This document shows, piece after piece, positions 11,667 to 20,815 of a stretch of DNA of 64,000 bases (its first letter is position 1; each line of letters opens with the position of its first letter). A program made the translations under genes and the position numbers. A model generated the notes under the pieces. The model was not told where the DNA came from, made no database searches, and saw only the letters and a program-made list of their open reading frames with translations. Source of the stretch: Nitrospinales bacterium. Lineage in GTDB: Bacteria; Nitrospinota; Nitrospinia; Nitrospinales; VA-1. The stretch covers positions 2,400,001 to 2,464,000 of the forward strand of contig CBDCXL010000002.1 of NCBI GenBank assembly GCA_965223795.1. The letters run 5' to 3'.

Positions 11667-11779
11667 TTCCATTGCGACCGGCGCGCTGAAAACGAGCCGG
11701 TTTCCCGGCAAAGAACGGGTTTTCCAGAACCGATACATTTCCGTCTGCACGAGGCTGCGGCGGGCTTCGATCCCTTTTG

Positions 11780-11910
11780 GAGAACTTTGCAAAAGTCAGG
11801 CACTCAGTCATGCTGAGCCTGTCGAAGCATGATTCCCTGCACCCTTCGACAAGCTCAGGGTGACAGGATATTCTGTCTTTCCCTGAACGGCGGACTTTTG
11901 CAAAGATCTC
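11780..11910. repeat. MITE-like element copy 1: 18-bp terminal inverted repeats enclosing a REP-like core
   Basis: GAGAACTTTGCAAAAGTC / GACTTTTGCAAAGATCTC (1 mismatch); core 11807-11865 GTCATGCTGAGCCTGTCGAAGCATG...CCCTTCGACAAGCTCAGGGTGACA, repeated at 42860. Confidence 0.8.
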
Positions 11911-11940
11911 TTTTGAGATGACAGGGGAATCGTTTCCGCG

Positions 11941-12288
11941 TCAGGTTTCGTCTTTTTTGTTTCCTTCGTAATAGATGATCCGGACTTTTTCCTCGGTGAT
12001 CAGGCCTTCGGTGATCACGGCGTCCAGCGTGGGTTTGATCCGTTCGATGTTCTCCTGTTTGTCCACCACCTCGATGACGATGGGCAGGTCCGTGGTCAGC
12101 CTCAAAATGGAAGTGGTGTGCAGGTGGCTGGTTTTGCCGAAGCCGGAAATGCCGCGCAGCACCGTCGCGCCGGCCAGGCCCTCCTGTTTGAAATATTCAA
12201 CGAGGTATTTGTGCAGCGGCTTGCCGTCGTGCTTGTCCGACTCGCCGATGAAAATCCTGAGCAGGATGGCTTCCGATTCTTTTTTCAT
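11941..12288 (-). CDS. DUF190 PII-like protein
   Basis: LRIFIGESD, GLAGATVLRGISGFG, DLPIVIEVVD; typical crcB neighbour. Confidence 0.92.
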   Translation of the reverse strand: MKKESEAILLRIFIGESDKHDGKPLHKYLVEYFKQEGLAGATVLRGISGFGKTSHLHTTSILRLTTDLPIVIEVVDKQENIERIKPTLDAVITEGLITEEKVRIIYYEGNKKDET

Positions 12289-12293
12289 CGCAC

Positions 12294-12674
12294 TCACTTC
12301 CAAAAAGAGTTGACGACGGCGATCTTGCCCAGAAAGACCGCCAGCAGCGTGAGCCCCACCGTCCCCGTGAGGTTGAGACCGAACAGGCCGTATTCGCCGT
12401 CCTCCAAAAGCTTGAACGATTCAAAGCCGAAGGTGGACATCGTGGTGAACGATCCCAGAAGACCGATGGTCAGGAAAATCCGCATCTCCTCGGAAAAAAA
12501 ACCGCGGTACTCGGACAGATAGAGGATCACGCTCACCAGAAAACTGCCGATGAAGTTGACCCCCAGCGTGCCCAGCGGAAAGGTCACGAAACCGTTCTGA
12601 ATCCATCCGGACACCACGAATCTGAGGATCGCGCCGGCGAATCCTCCGAGACCGATCCATAGCAACAAAGACAT
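12294..12674 (-). CDS. crcB: Fluoride efflux channel Fluc/CrcB
   Basis: GLGGFAGAILRF, FPLGTLGVNFIGSF, GLLGSFTTMSTFGFE. Confidence 0.95.
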   Translation of the reverse strand: MSLLLWIGLGGFAGAILRFVVSGWIQNGFVTFPLGTLGVNFIGSFLVSVILYLSEYRGFFSEEMRIFLTIGLLGSFTTMSTFGFESFKLLEDGEYGLFGLNLTGTVGLTLLAVFLGKIAVVNSFWK

Positions 12675-12747
12675 TCTCTGGCTCCTGTTTATTCCACGGC
12701 GGATTGTACCGCAAAACCACGGATGCGGGGGAGGGCGGTTTCCGTAT

Positions 12748-13872
12748 TCAGCGCATGGGGATTTCGAAGCTGAAGGTCGACCCGGAGCCGACGGTGGTTT
12801 CCACCTCCATGCGGCCGTGGTGGGCTTCGATGACTTTCTTGGAGATGGCGAGTCCCAGGCCGGAACTGGGTTCACCGCCGGTGGATTTCGATTTCAGCTT
12901 TTGAAACAGCTTGAACAGCTTGGCGCGGTCTTGCGGATCGATTCCCGGCCCGAAGTCCTCGACGCTGACCTTGGCGTGCTTGCCAAAACGTTTCAGGCGG
13001 ACGTACACCGGATTGCCCGGAGCGGAAAACTTGATGGCGTTGCTCAGCAGGTTGTCCAGCACCTGCGTGATGCGTTCCGGGTCGAAGCCGAACTGCGGCA
13101 GGTCGTCCAGATCCGGGTGGATGGATATGTTCTTTTTGGCGGCGAAGGCGCGGTGGAATCCGGCTCTCTCTTCGATCAGGCGGGTGAGCGAACCCGCCTC
13201 GAATTTGAGTACCAGTTTTTCGTTTTCCAGAAGCGACGCGTCGAGGATGTCATCCAGCAGAAACAGCATGTTGTTGTTCGCCGTATGGATCATGGCGATG
13301 AACTTTTTCATGGTTTCCGCGTCGAGCTCGTCGAAGTCTTCCAGCAGAATTTCAGTGAGCCCGCGGATCGAGGTGATGGGGGAGCGCAGGTCGTGCGACG
13401 CCATGACCACGAACTGGTTCATCAATTCGTTGAGCTCGCTCAGTTTCCGGTTTTTCCCGCCGAGCGAATGAATGGTGTTTTTGAGATTGAGGTGGGTGCG
13501 GACGCGCGCGCGCACCTCGTCTTTGCGGAACGGTTGGATGATGTAGTCGGCGCCGCCGGCCTCGAACCCTTCGACGATGTTTTCCCCCTCCATTTTCGCG
13601 GTGATGAAAAGCACCGGAATATGCTTCTGCCCGCTGTCCTGCTTGATCTTCCGGCACAAGGCGTAGCCGCTGCCGGCGCGGAAACCGGTTTCCATCAGGA
13701 TCAGGTCCGGATCCAGATGGGCCATTTTTTCCATGAAATCCTGATCTTCGCCCACGGTCAGAACCGTATAGCCGTCCTGGGACAGCGCCTGTTGCAGTGT
13801 GCGCACGGTGTTTTCATCCTCACCGGCGATGAGGACGCGCATTTCCTCATTCTTTAAAACGGGAATCTCCAT
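12748..13872 (-). CDS. Hybrid histidine kinase: degenerate N-terminal receiver + HisKA + HATPase
   Basis: SHDLRSPIT H-box, NLLSNAIKF, DFGPGI, GLGLAI; receiver reads DLILME. Confidence 0.9.
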   Translation of the reverse strand: MEIPVLKNEEMRVLIAGEDENTVRTLQQALSQDGYTVLTVGEDQDFMEKMAHLDPDLILMETGFRAGSGYALCRKIKQDSGQKHIPVLFITAKMEGENIVEGFEAGGADYIIQPFRKDEVRARVRTHLNLKNTIHSLGGKNRKLSELNELMNQFVVMASHDLRSPITSIRGLTEILLEDFDELDAETMKKFIAMIHTANNNMLFLLDDILDASLLENEKLVLKFEAGSLTRLIEERAGFHRAFAAKKNISIHPDLDDLPQFGFDPERITQVLDNLLSNAIKFSAPGNPVYVRLKRFGKHAKVSVEDFGPGIDPQDRAKLFKLFQKLKSKSTGGEPSSGLGLAISKKVIEAHHGRMEVETTVGSGSTFSFEIPMR

Positions 13873-14214
13873 GAATGCATCTAATGAATAGGTATTGGAA
13901 AGATCGCTTTCGCTGCGCGGGTGCTCGCAGGTTTCTGGAACGCGGTTTTTTGTAGCACACTCTGTTTTACGGCCGGAATGATCTGAGGTGGATCTGCGAA
14001 TCGAATTTTTGGAAACACCAAAATAAGGATTGAATTGAGCAGGACTAAAGATTTAATATCAGGTTCAATATGCCGGTTTTTGGGAACAGGTGCAATTGAA
14101 ATGTCTCAGCCGGAAACGCAAGGACTCACAGTTCCGATAAGAAACATTTCCCCGCCTCAACAAGACGCCTGTTTTCGTTTCTAACTTTCAACGCATCACA
14201 CACAAACGGTTTCC

Positions 14215-16128
14215 GTGTTGGACACAAAACCTCGGAGGGCACCGCGCGCAAAGGGTCGAGCGTCCTTTTGGATCGCCCGCTGCGTCGGGATCTGTGTTGC
14301 GATCCTGGCTCCGGTTTTCGCAGGCCCGGCATGGGCGCAGTCGAAAGTGTCCAAAGAGATCGCGCTTTCCGACTGGGGGCTCACGCACCCGTCGCAGATC
14401 GGTTTCATGTCGCTGGGCATTCTCAAGACAAAGAAAGGAGCCGAGATCATCGTTTACGACATCCGGGACAGCAAGCCGCGGTTCTCAGGTACAGGCGATT
14501 CCAAGGGAAGGGCGCCCGCGTTTTCGGGAGACGTGTTTCTCATCGGCCATTTTCATGAGGGCAACGTCAACCGGTTGGGCGGGTATTTCAACGGCTTCAA
14601 ACGGGCTCCCTCCACGGCATCGCTGGCCATCGACCCGGCTCCGGACGGAACCCCGGCGCTGACCTTTGGCTACCGCAACCGGCCGCCGGGCTTTTCCGGA
14701 TTCTGGGTGCACCTTTTTGACTTCAAACGGCCGCCCGCCGAGCGGGTGTTTCTCGACGCCACGCCGTTTGAATACCTGACCTTCGCCATCCGCGGGCACA
14801 CGGGAAGCGAGCGGTTGGATCTGCGCATGGCGGACCGGACCTGGGAAATGCGCGAGGATTCCGTCCGCATCGGCAGCATCGCCTCCTTTTTCGCACGGGA
14901 AACGCTGGGGCAGGACTGGCAGCGGGTCTGGGTGCCGCTTGAAAAGCTGCCCGCCTCCCTCAACCGCAGGGAGCTCGCCAGCCTGGTCTTTCAGGTGCCG
15001 GGGAAAGGGGAGGGGCGGGTGTACGTGAAGGACGTTGCCCTGACCCGCAAACGGGGCGTGCCGATTCCACAGGCTAAGGCCACGAATGTGCCGCGGCGGC
15101 TGCTGGCAAAAGCGATGTGGCTGTGGGAGACGAACAAGGTCGTGCAGAGCGAGGCGGAATTGACGGCGCTGATCGATTTCTGCAAACGCCACGCCATCAA
15201 CGAGCTGTTCGTGCAGATCCCCTATGAGGCGGAGCTTGAAAACGGGGCGTGGGTGATCGAATGGGATGCAACGCCGATGCGGCCTTTTCTGGCGCGGCTG
15301 CACCGTTCCGGCATCCGCGTTCATGCTCTGGACGGAGACCGCCGATATGCATTGAGGAAGTGGCATGGGCGGGTGCTCGGGCTGATCGACCGCGTCGTTC
15401 AGTACAACAAAAGCGTGATCCCCGAGGCCCGGTTCGCTGGAATCCGCTACGACAACGAGCCTTACCTGCTGCCGAGCTTCAGCGGCGTGCAGAAAGAGTC
15501 CATTCTGGGCCAGTATCTGGAACTGCTGGAGAACTCGCAGAACCGGGCGCGGCAGGGAGGGCTGGTGTTCGGGGTGGACATCCCGTTCTGGTTCGACGAT
15601 GTGAACGAGTTTTTCGAGCCCACCGCGATGGTGCGCGGCCGGCCGGTGAGCGAAGCGATCCTCGATATCGTGGACAACGTCGGCATCATGGACTACCGCA
15701 CCACGGCGTACGGGGCCGACGGGGTGATCGCGCATGGAATGAACGAACTGCGCTACGCGGAAAAGGCGGGCAAGAAAGTCTACATCGGGCTGGAAACGGT
15801 GTGGCTGCCGGATGAGACGATCTACGAATTCGGCAGCAAGGGCCGGGGTTCGAAAGTGCGCATCGAACCGCTGGATGCGGACCGGATGCGGCTCGACTGG
15901 ATTCCGGCGGGGGTGCCTGTGGCGGCGGGCGGCGGCAGGGTGCTGCATCAAAAGCGCGCGGTCAACGTGCCTTCGAGCAAGATCACCTTCGACCGCAAAA
16001 CGCCGGAAGACCTGGAAACGGTGCTGCGCCAGTCCGAAAGGGAGCTGCGCCGGTTCAGCAGTTTTCACGGTTTCGTCATCCACTCCTACGAAAGTTACCG
16101 ATCCTGGCTCGAAAGGGAACGCCGTTGA
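14215..16128 (+). CDS. Exported protein: CBM11/CIA30-like domain + glycoside-hydrolase-like TIM barrel
   Basis: Signal AGPAWA; EYLTFAIRG..DWQRVWVPL; AMWLWE..INELFVQ, GIRYDNEPY, IMDYR, IGLET. Confidence 0.6.
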   Translation: MLDTKPRRAPRAKGRASFWIARCVGICVAILAPVFAGPAWAQSKVSKEIALSDWGLTHPSQIGFMSLGILKTKKGAEIIVYDIRDSKPRFSGTGDSKGRAPAFSGDVFLIGHFHEGNVNRLGGYFNGFKRAPSTASLAIDPAPDGTPALTFGYRNRPPGFSGFWVHLFDFKRPPAERVFLDATPFEYLTFAIRGHTGSERLDLRMADRTWEMREDSVRIGSIASFFARETLGQDWQRVWVPLEKLPASLNRRELASLVFQVPGKGEGRVYVKDVALTRKRGVPIPQAKATNVPRRLLAKAMWLWETNKVVQSEAELTALIDFCKRHAINELFVQIPYEAELENGAWVIEWDATPMRPFLARLHRSGIRVHALDGDRRYALRKWHGRVLGLIDRVVQYNKSVIPEARFAGIRYDNEPYLLPSFSGVQKESILGQYLELLENSQNRARQGGLVFGVDIPFWFDDVNEFFEPTAMVRGRPVSEAILDIVDNVGIMDYRTTAYGADGVIAHGMNELRYAEKAGKKVYIGLETVWLPDETIYEFGSKGRGSKVRIEPLDADRMRLDWIPAGVPVAAGGGRVLHQKRAVNVPSSKITFDRKTPEDLETVLRQSERELRRFSSFHGFVIHSYESYRSWLERERR

Positions 16129-18071
16129 GCTTGAACGCGAAGGCAATCCGAACCGGTCTGGCATGGAGCGTGCTGCTGCTTGCGGGTTTTTTGCTCCTGG
16201 CGCCGCGGGCGCACGCGCTCGACCGCGAGGCGCAGATCCAGAAGGCGCGGCAGGCGGGCTGGCAGGGCGACCACGCGGGATCGGAGGCGCTGTACCGGGA
16301 GCTTTTGGATGAGAAACCGGACGACGTGGAAGCCTGGCTGGGGCTGGCGCAGGTGCTGAGCTGGCAGAAAAAATTCACCGAATCGGCGGAGATCTACCGC
16401 AAGGTGGACGGCATGCGTCCGGATCTGCCGGACGGACGCATCGGTCTTTTGCGGCTCAAAGCCTGGGATGGCAAGCACGCCGAGGCCGAGGCGGGACTTA
16501 AGAAACTACTTGAACAGTTTCCGGAACGGTTCGACATCCTGTCGCTGCTGGGGCAGGTCACCGCCTGGCAGAAGAAATTTCCCGAGAGCATCGGCTATTA
16601 CCAGAAACTGCTTGAACTGTACCCGGCGAACCCGGAAGCCCTCAAGGGGCTGGCGCGCACCTACAAATGGATGGAAAACACCGAGCAGGGCATCGCCATC
16701 AACAAGCAGATCCTGGAACAGGAGCCGGACAACCTGCAGGCCACGCTGGACACGGGAATCCTGTACAGTCAGGCCGGCGATTATGAGAACGCCATCGACT
16801 ATCTGGAACAGGCGCGCGAGCTGGCGCCGGAGCGCAAGGACATCCGCGCCATGCTGGGCACGCTGTACAGCTGGACGGAACGGCTCGACGACGCGGTGAC
16901 CGAGCTGCAGAAATCGCTGGCGCTGGAGCGCGGCGACATCGCGGGCTACATATCGCTGGGGCGGGTGTACAGCTGGCAGAAAAAAACCGAGGAGTCGATC
17001 CGCCTGTATGAGGAAGCGCTCAAGCTGGACCCGGAAAACACCGAGGCCCTGGTGGGGCTGGGCCGGACCTATCTGTTCAACGACCAGTGGGACCGCGCCG
17101 AGGAACAGTATCGCGAAGCGCTCAGGATCCGCCCGGACGACATCGACGCGCAGAACGCCCTCAAACGGCTGCAGGACATCAAGTCGCCGGAGGCGGTGGT
17201 GCGGTTCAATTTTTTCGAGTTCCGGGACCACGATCCCGAAGTGGACCGGCTGAGTTCGGTGGTCACCGAGTTTCGCGAAACGGCGGAGTATTTTCACAAG
17301 CTGTCGGCACAGACGAAACTGCAGCTGCGCTACCAGCGCTCCGACCTCAAGCAGGTGGACAAGATATTCAACGATACCGATTACAAGATCGACACCAACA
17401 CCGTGTCGCTGGGCGCGGAACACAAGCTGCCGGATAATTTCGGCATCCGGGCGCGCTACGACTACAGCCGCTTCGACAACGACGGCGACAATTTCTTCAA
17501 CCTCAAAGACCCGGAAAACGGCCATTCCGGCTACTTCATCCTGACAAAAGGCATCGGCAAGCATTACGCCAACGTCTCCTACGCGCGGGAGCTGTTCATC
17601 AGCACGGAAACGGGCGACGCGACGGTGGAGTCGATCGACCGCTACTCGCTGGCGCACGATTACGATTTCACCGAGCATTTTTCCTGGCTCACGGTGCTCG
17701 CCTGGAACGATTTTTCCACTTCGGGCGGCCTGCGCCAGGACTACCTCATCCGGCCGCGCTACCGCCTGCCGTTTTACGAGAACGTGCAGCTGGAATACCA
17801 GTTGCGCTACCTATCCAACCCGGATGAGTTTGAAAACAGCTTCATCGTCAACTTCCAGAACCAGATCATGGAGAAGCTGCGCTATGAGGTGGACTATGCG
17901 CTGACGTTCAACACGTTCGACGACGCACTGGAAAACCTGACGACGTTTTTCATTGCCTGGGACATTTCCGAATGCCTTTCCTTAAACGTGGACGCGCGCT
18001 TTTCCATCGAGGCGCTGGACGACCACGATATTTCCCAGAACTACCAGGCGTACCTGAGAATCCGCTTCTGA
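16125..18071 (+). CDS. TPR-repeat protein fused to C-terminal outer-membrane beta-barrel (YaiO/PgaA-like export porin)
   Basis: Signal peptide AHA, many TPRs, alternating beta-strand C-terminal region ending YLRIRF. Confidence 0.8.
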   Translation: MSLNAKAIRTGLAWSVLLLAGFLLLAPRAHALDREAQIQKARQAGWQGDHAGSEALYRELLDEKPDDVEAWLGLAQVLSWQKKFTESAEIYRKVDGMRPDLPDGRIGLLRLKAWDGKHAEAEAGLKKLLEQFPERFDILSLLGQVTAWQKKFPESIGYYQKLLELYPANPEALKGLARTYKWMENTEQGIAINKQILEQEPDNLQATLDTGILYSQAGDYENAIDYLEQARELAPERKDIRAMLGTLYSWTERLDDAVTELQKSLALERGDIAGYISLGRVYSWQKKTEESIRLYEEALKLDPENTEALVGLGRTYLFNDQWDRAEEQYREALRIRPDDIDAQNALKRLQDIKSPEAVVRFNFFEFRDHDPEVDRLSSVVTEFRETAEYFHKLSAQTKLQLRYQRSDLKQVDKIFNDTDYKIDTNTVSLGAEHKLPDNFGIRARYDYSRFDNDGDNFFNLKDPENGHSGYFILTKGIGKHYANVSYARELFISTETGDATVESIDRYSLAHDYDFTEHFSWLTVLAWNDFSTSGGLRQDYLIRPRYRLPFYENVQLEYQLRYLSNPDEFENSFIVNFQNQIMEKLRYEVDYALTFNTFDDALENLTTFFIAWDISECLSLNVDARFSIEALDDHDISQNYQAYLRIRF

Positions 18072-18976
18072 TGCCAAAAACGGCGGCCCGAAACATCCAG
18101 ACCGGACGAACGGGCTTGCGTTTCATCGTGTGTCTGTGGATGAGCTGGGTGCCGGTGGCCGGAGCGTTTGCGGGGGTCGAACTCGAACCCTTCGAACGGG
18201 CGGCGCTGGAATGCGGAACGGGCCTCGAATTTGCGCTTACCGGCGGCAGCCTCCTGGAAAACAAGCGCCTGAAGCAGGAAGGCCGGGCGGAATTGCAGCT
18301 GGCCGGCACTTTGCGCAAAGCCTATCTGTTGTGGTCGGGCGAGGTGAAAGGCGACGCCGGGGCGGCGGGACGGATCCGTTTCATCGCACCCGGTGGCAAG
18401 GCGCATGCGGTGCGGGCGGACAAATTGTGGCGGAAAAAATCGGCGGGGACCGTGTACGCCGCGATGGCGGAGGTGACGCAGTGGATCGAACGAAGCGGAC
18501 GCTACGGCGTGAAGGAACTCGCCGCCGACAATGTGAACCCGCAGGGCAAGGATCCGTACACGGTGGCGGGATGGGCGCTTGCGGCGATCGCGGAAAACCG
18601 GGCCGCGAAAAAAGCTTCCTGCGTACTGCTTCACTCGGGGCTGGAACTGCTGCGGCCGGGAGAGATCTATGACCTGGCACTGCCGCCTGGGGATTTGCCG
18701 GAAGGGAAATGGCATCTCACCCGGCTGGGCGTGGTGGGCGGGCACGGGCGCGCGGGCAACGGCTCGGGGAACCTGCTGGACGGCCGGGCGGTTTCCGGCG
18801 GCGACGACTGGGACGGCTCGGCGGGAAAATTCTGGGACATCGACGTGTTCGATCTGGAATCGCCGCTTGCGATTGGGAAGGAAGCCCCGCCCACGCTCAC
18901 GGTGGACCCGCTTTTGCAGTGGCTTTATCCTATTGCGGTGGTGCTGCGGCTGAATCCGTTCGAAAACGGCGGATGA
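18071..18976 (+). CDS. Exported beta-rich hypothetical protein (DUF3344-like)
   Basis: ATG overlaps upstream TGA; signal AGAFA; KAYLLWSG, AGWALA, WDIDVFD motifs. Confidence 0.55.
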   Translation: MPKTAARNIQTGRTGLRFIVCLWMSWVPVAGAFAGVELEPFERAALECGTGLEFALTGGSLLENKRLKQEGRAELQLAGTLRKAYLLWSGEVKGDAGAAGRIRFIAPGGKAHAVRADKLWRKKSAGTVYAAMAEVTQWIERSGRYGVKELAADNVNPQGKDPYTVAGWALAAIAENRAAKKASCVLLHSGLELLRPGEIYDLALPPGDLPEGKWHLTRLGVVGGHGRAGNGSGNLLDGRAVSGGDDWDGSAGKFWDIDVFDLESPLAIGKEAPPTLTVDPLLQWLYPIAVVLRLNPFENGG

Positions 18977-19178
18977 TACGAATCCCTTTTAATTCGGATA
19001 TGAATGCGATGGACAAAAAATGTCACACAATGGCGTCCGGTTTGGTTGGATGAGCGGAATTCATGACTTATGGACCTGTCTGGAGGGCCAAATGCTTCCT
19101 TAAGCTAAAACCCAACCTGCGAAAAATCAGCCTGTTTCCTATCGATTCGTGTGGGAGCCTCCCCGTAACCGGGCCCTG

Positions 19179-19194
19179 TGGCCTGGCTTTTGCA
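19179..19194 (+). promoter_or_regulatory. Sigma-54 promoter for the exosortase cassette
   Basis: TGGCCTGGCTTTTGCA, exact GG-N10-GC with TTGCA, 35 bp upstream of ATG 19230. Confidence 0.7.
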
Positions 19195-19229
19195 ATGTAA
19201 ATGTATAAGAAAAAGGGAGGCTCTATATC

Positions 19230-19544
19230 ATGAAAAAAACATGCAAAATCTCCTTAATTTGTTTTCTGGCGATCGGTTTTTTGGCTGTGGGATTCGGCCT
19301 GCCCGGAACTCCGGGAGTCGACGGGACCGTGTCGGTGGCGGAAGCGCACCATAGGCCCGGGCACGGAGGGGGACCCAAAGATGGCAAATGGTGCCGGAAG
19401 CATCCGGACAGGTGCAAGCCGCCCACGGTTTCCGAGCTTCCGGTTCATTATATGGTGGCCAGCGGGATCGCGGCGATTCTGATCACCGGCGGCATCGTCT
19501 ATCAGCTGCGCCGCCGCGAAGAAGAAAACGCATCATCTCTGTGA
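19230..19544 (+). CDS. Small secreted protein 1 with C-terminal exosortase-type sorting signal (VSELP-TM-RRR)
   Basis: RBS GGGAGG; N-terminal signal; CRKHPDRCKPPTVSELP + hydrophobic helix + RRR. Confidence 0.85.
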   Translation: MKKTCKISLICFLAIGFLAVGFGLPGTPGVDGTVSVAEAHHRPGHGGGPKDGKWCRKHPDRCKPPTVSELPVHYMVASGIAAILITGGIVYQLRRREEENASSL

Positions 19545-19598
19545 GAGCCCAAAGCAGACCCATTGAGCTTCATTCAATGTGCCGAGAGGTGACAGTCC

Positions 19599-19991
19599 AT
19601 GATTAAAAAATTCAAATTTGGCCTCGTCATTCTGCTGATGTCCGGTTTTTTCGCATCCGGTCTTTTCATTCCCGGAAATGACGGCGGGTCTCTGGCCTAC
19701 GCGCAGAGGTCGGCGGACGACCGGGAAAAGCGGCGGGAGCTGCGCCGGGAGGAACGGCGCAAGCGCCAGGAAGCCAAAAAAGAAGCGCGAAAAAAGCGCC
19801 GGGAAGCCAGGAAGGAACGGAAAAAGCGCAAGCGTTGGTGCCGGAGAAATCCGGATAAGTGCAAACCGCCTACGGTTTCCGAGCTTCCGGTGCACACTAT
19901 GGTCGGCAGCGGCGTGGCCGCGATTTTGATCGCCGGCGGCGTCGTCTATCAGCTGCGCCGCCGCGAAGAAGAAAACGCTTCCAACCTATGA
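19599..19991 (+). CDS. Small secreted protein 2 with R/K/E-rich helix and the same VSELP-TM-RRR signal
   Basis: RBS GAGAGG; C-terminal ~52 aa near-identical to 19230 ORF; stop overlaps exosortase start (ATGA). Confidence 0.85.
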   Translation: MIKKFKFGLVILLMSGFFASGLFIPGNDGGSLAYAQRSADDREKRRELRREERRKRQEAKKEARKKRREARKERKKRKRWCRRNPDKCKPPTVSELPVHTMVGSGVAAILIAGGVVYQLRRREEENASNL

Positions 19992-20815
19992 ACCTCTACC
20001 TCGCTCCTGTAATGCTGCTGGCGGCGGGGTTCGTCTACTATCAGCCCGCCCGCTGGCTGGTGGAAGCGTGGCAGGTGCATCCTTACTACCAGCACGGGTT
20101 GTGGGTGCTGAGCGGCTGTTTCGGCTACGCGGCGTTTGTCGCCGTGCGCTCGAAGCAGAACGAGCCGGTGCACGAAAAAACCTGGATGGCCTGGCTTGCG
20201 GCCAGCGCGCTGCTCTATGGCATCGGCTGGATGAGTGGCCTCAATTACCTCAAGACAGTGCCCCTCTTCCTGACGCTGCTCGCCGTTGCGTATCTGCTGG
20301 CGGACCGGCTGCCGGCACGGAGGCTGCGGTTTCCGCTGCTGTTTCCGATTCTGGCGGTGCCGATCCCGTTCATTGCGGAGATCACGTCCTTTCTGCAGTT
20401 CGCCATGGCGGGAATGTCGACGGGGTTTCTCCAGACTTTCGGGATGGACATCGAAGCGGAAGGCGCGATGATCTATCTGCCCGAAGCCACGTTTCTCATC
20501 GCGGAACCCTCCAGCGGCATCCAGTCGCTCATCGCGCTGACGACGCTGATGGTTCCGACGGTGTACTTCACACACACGACGCTGCGCAAAAAATTATTTC
20601 TGTACGCCGCGATCGTTCCGGTGGCGGTGTTCGTCAATTTTCTCCGGATCGTCACGCTGTTCGTCGTCGGCGATGTTTACGGCGAAGCCTTCGCGGACCG
20701 GTTCTGGCATGACACGGGCAACGTCGTGTACTTCGCGTTCGCGCTCACCCTGTTTTTCATCCTCTGGTATTCAACCGTCTATGGATTCAAATCGGCGAAA
20801 CCCAAACCGGCTTGA
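19988..20815 (+). CDS. Exosortase/archaeosortase-family membrane protein, Ser at canonical Cys position
   Basis: YYQHG, LAVPIP, IAEPSSGIQSL (canonical xxxCSGxxSL), NFLRI, FWHD; about 8 TM. Confidence 0.88.
   Translation: MNLYLAPVMLLAAGFVYYQPARWLVEAWQVHPYYQHGLWVLSGCFGYAAFVAVRSKQNEPVHEKTWMAWLAASALLYGIGWMSGLNYLKTVPLFLTLLAVAYLLADRLPARRLRFPLLFPILAVPIPFIAEITSFLQFAMAGMSTGFLQTFGMDIEAEGAMIYLPEATFLIAEPSSGIQSLIALTTLMVPTVYFTHTTLRKKLFLYAAIVPVAVFVNFLRIVTLFVVGDVYGEAFADRFWHDTGNVVYFAFALTLFFILWYSTVYGFKSAKPKPA

Noticed and set aside
12675..12747. Fluoride riboswitch upstream of crcB
   Set aside because: The gap is only about 70 bp and lacks a recognisable GATGG...TGATGAC/GCCTAC pattern.
19389..19980. Direct repeat considered as a CRISPR or mobile-element repeat
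   Set aside because: Only two copies, in frame, with mostly codon-level variation; explained by paralogous protein C-termini.
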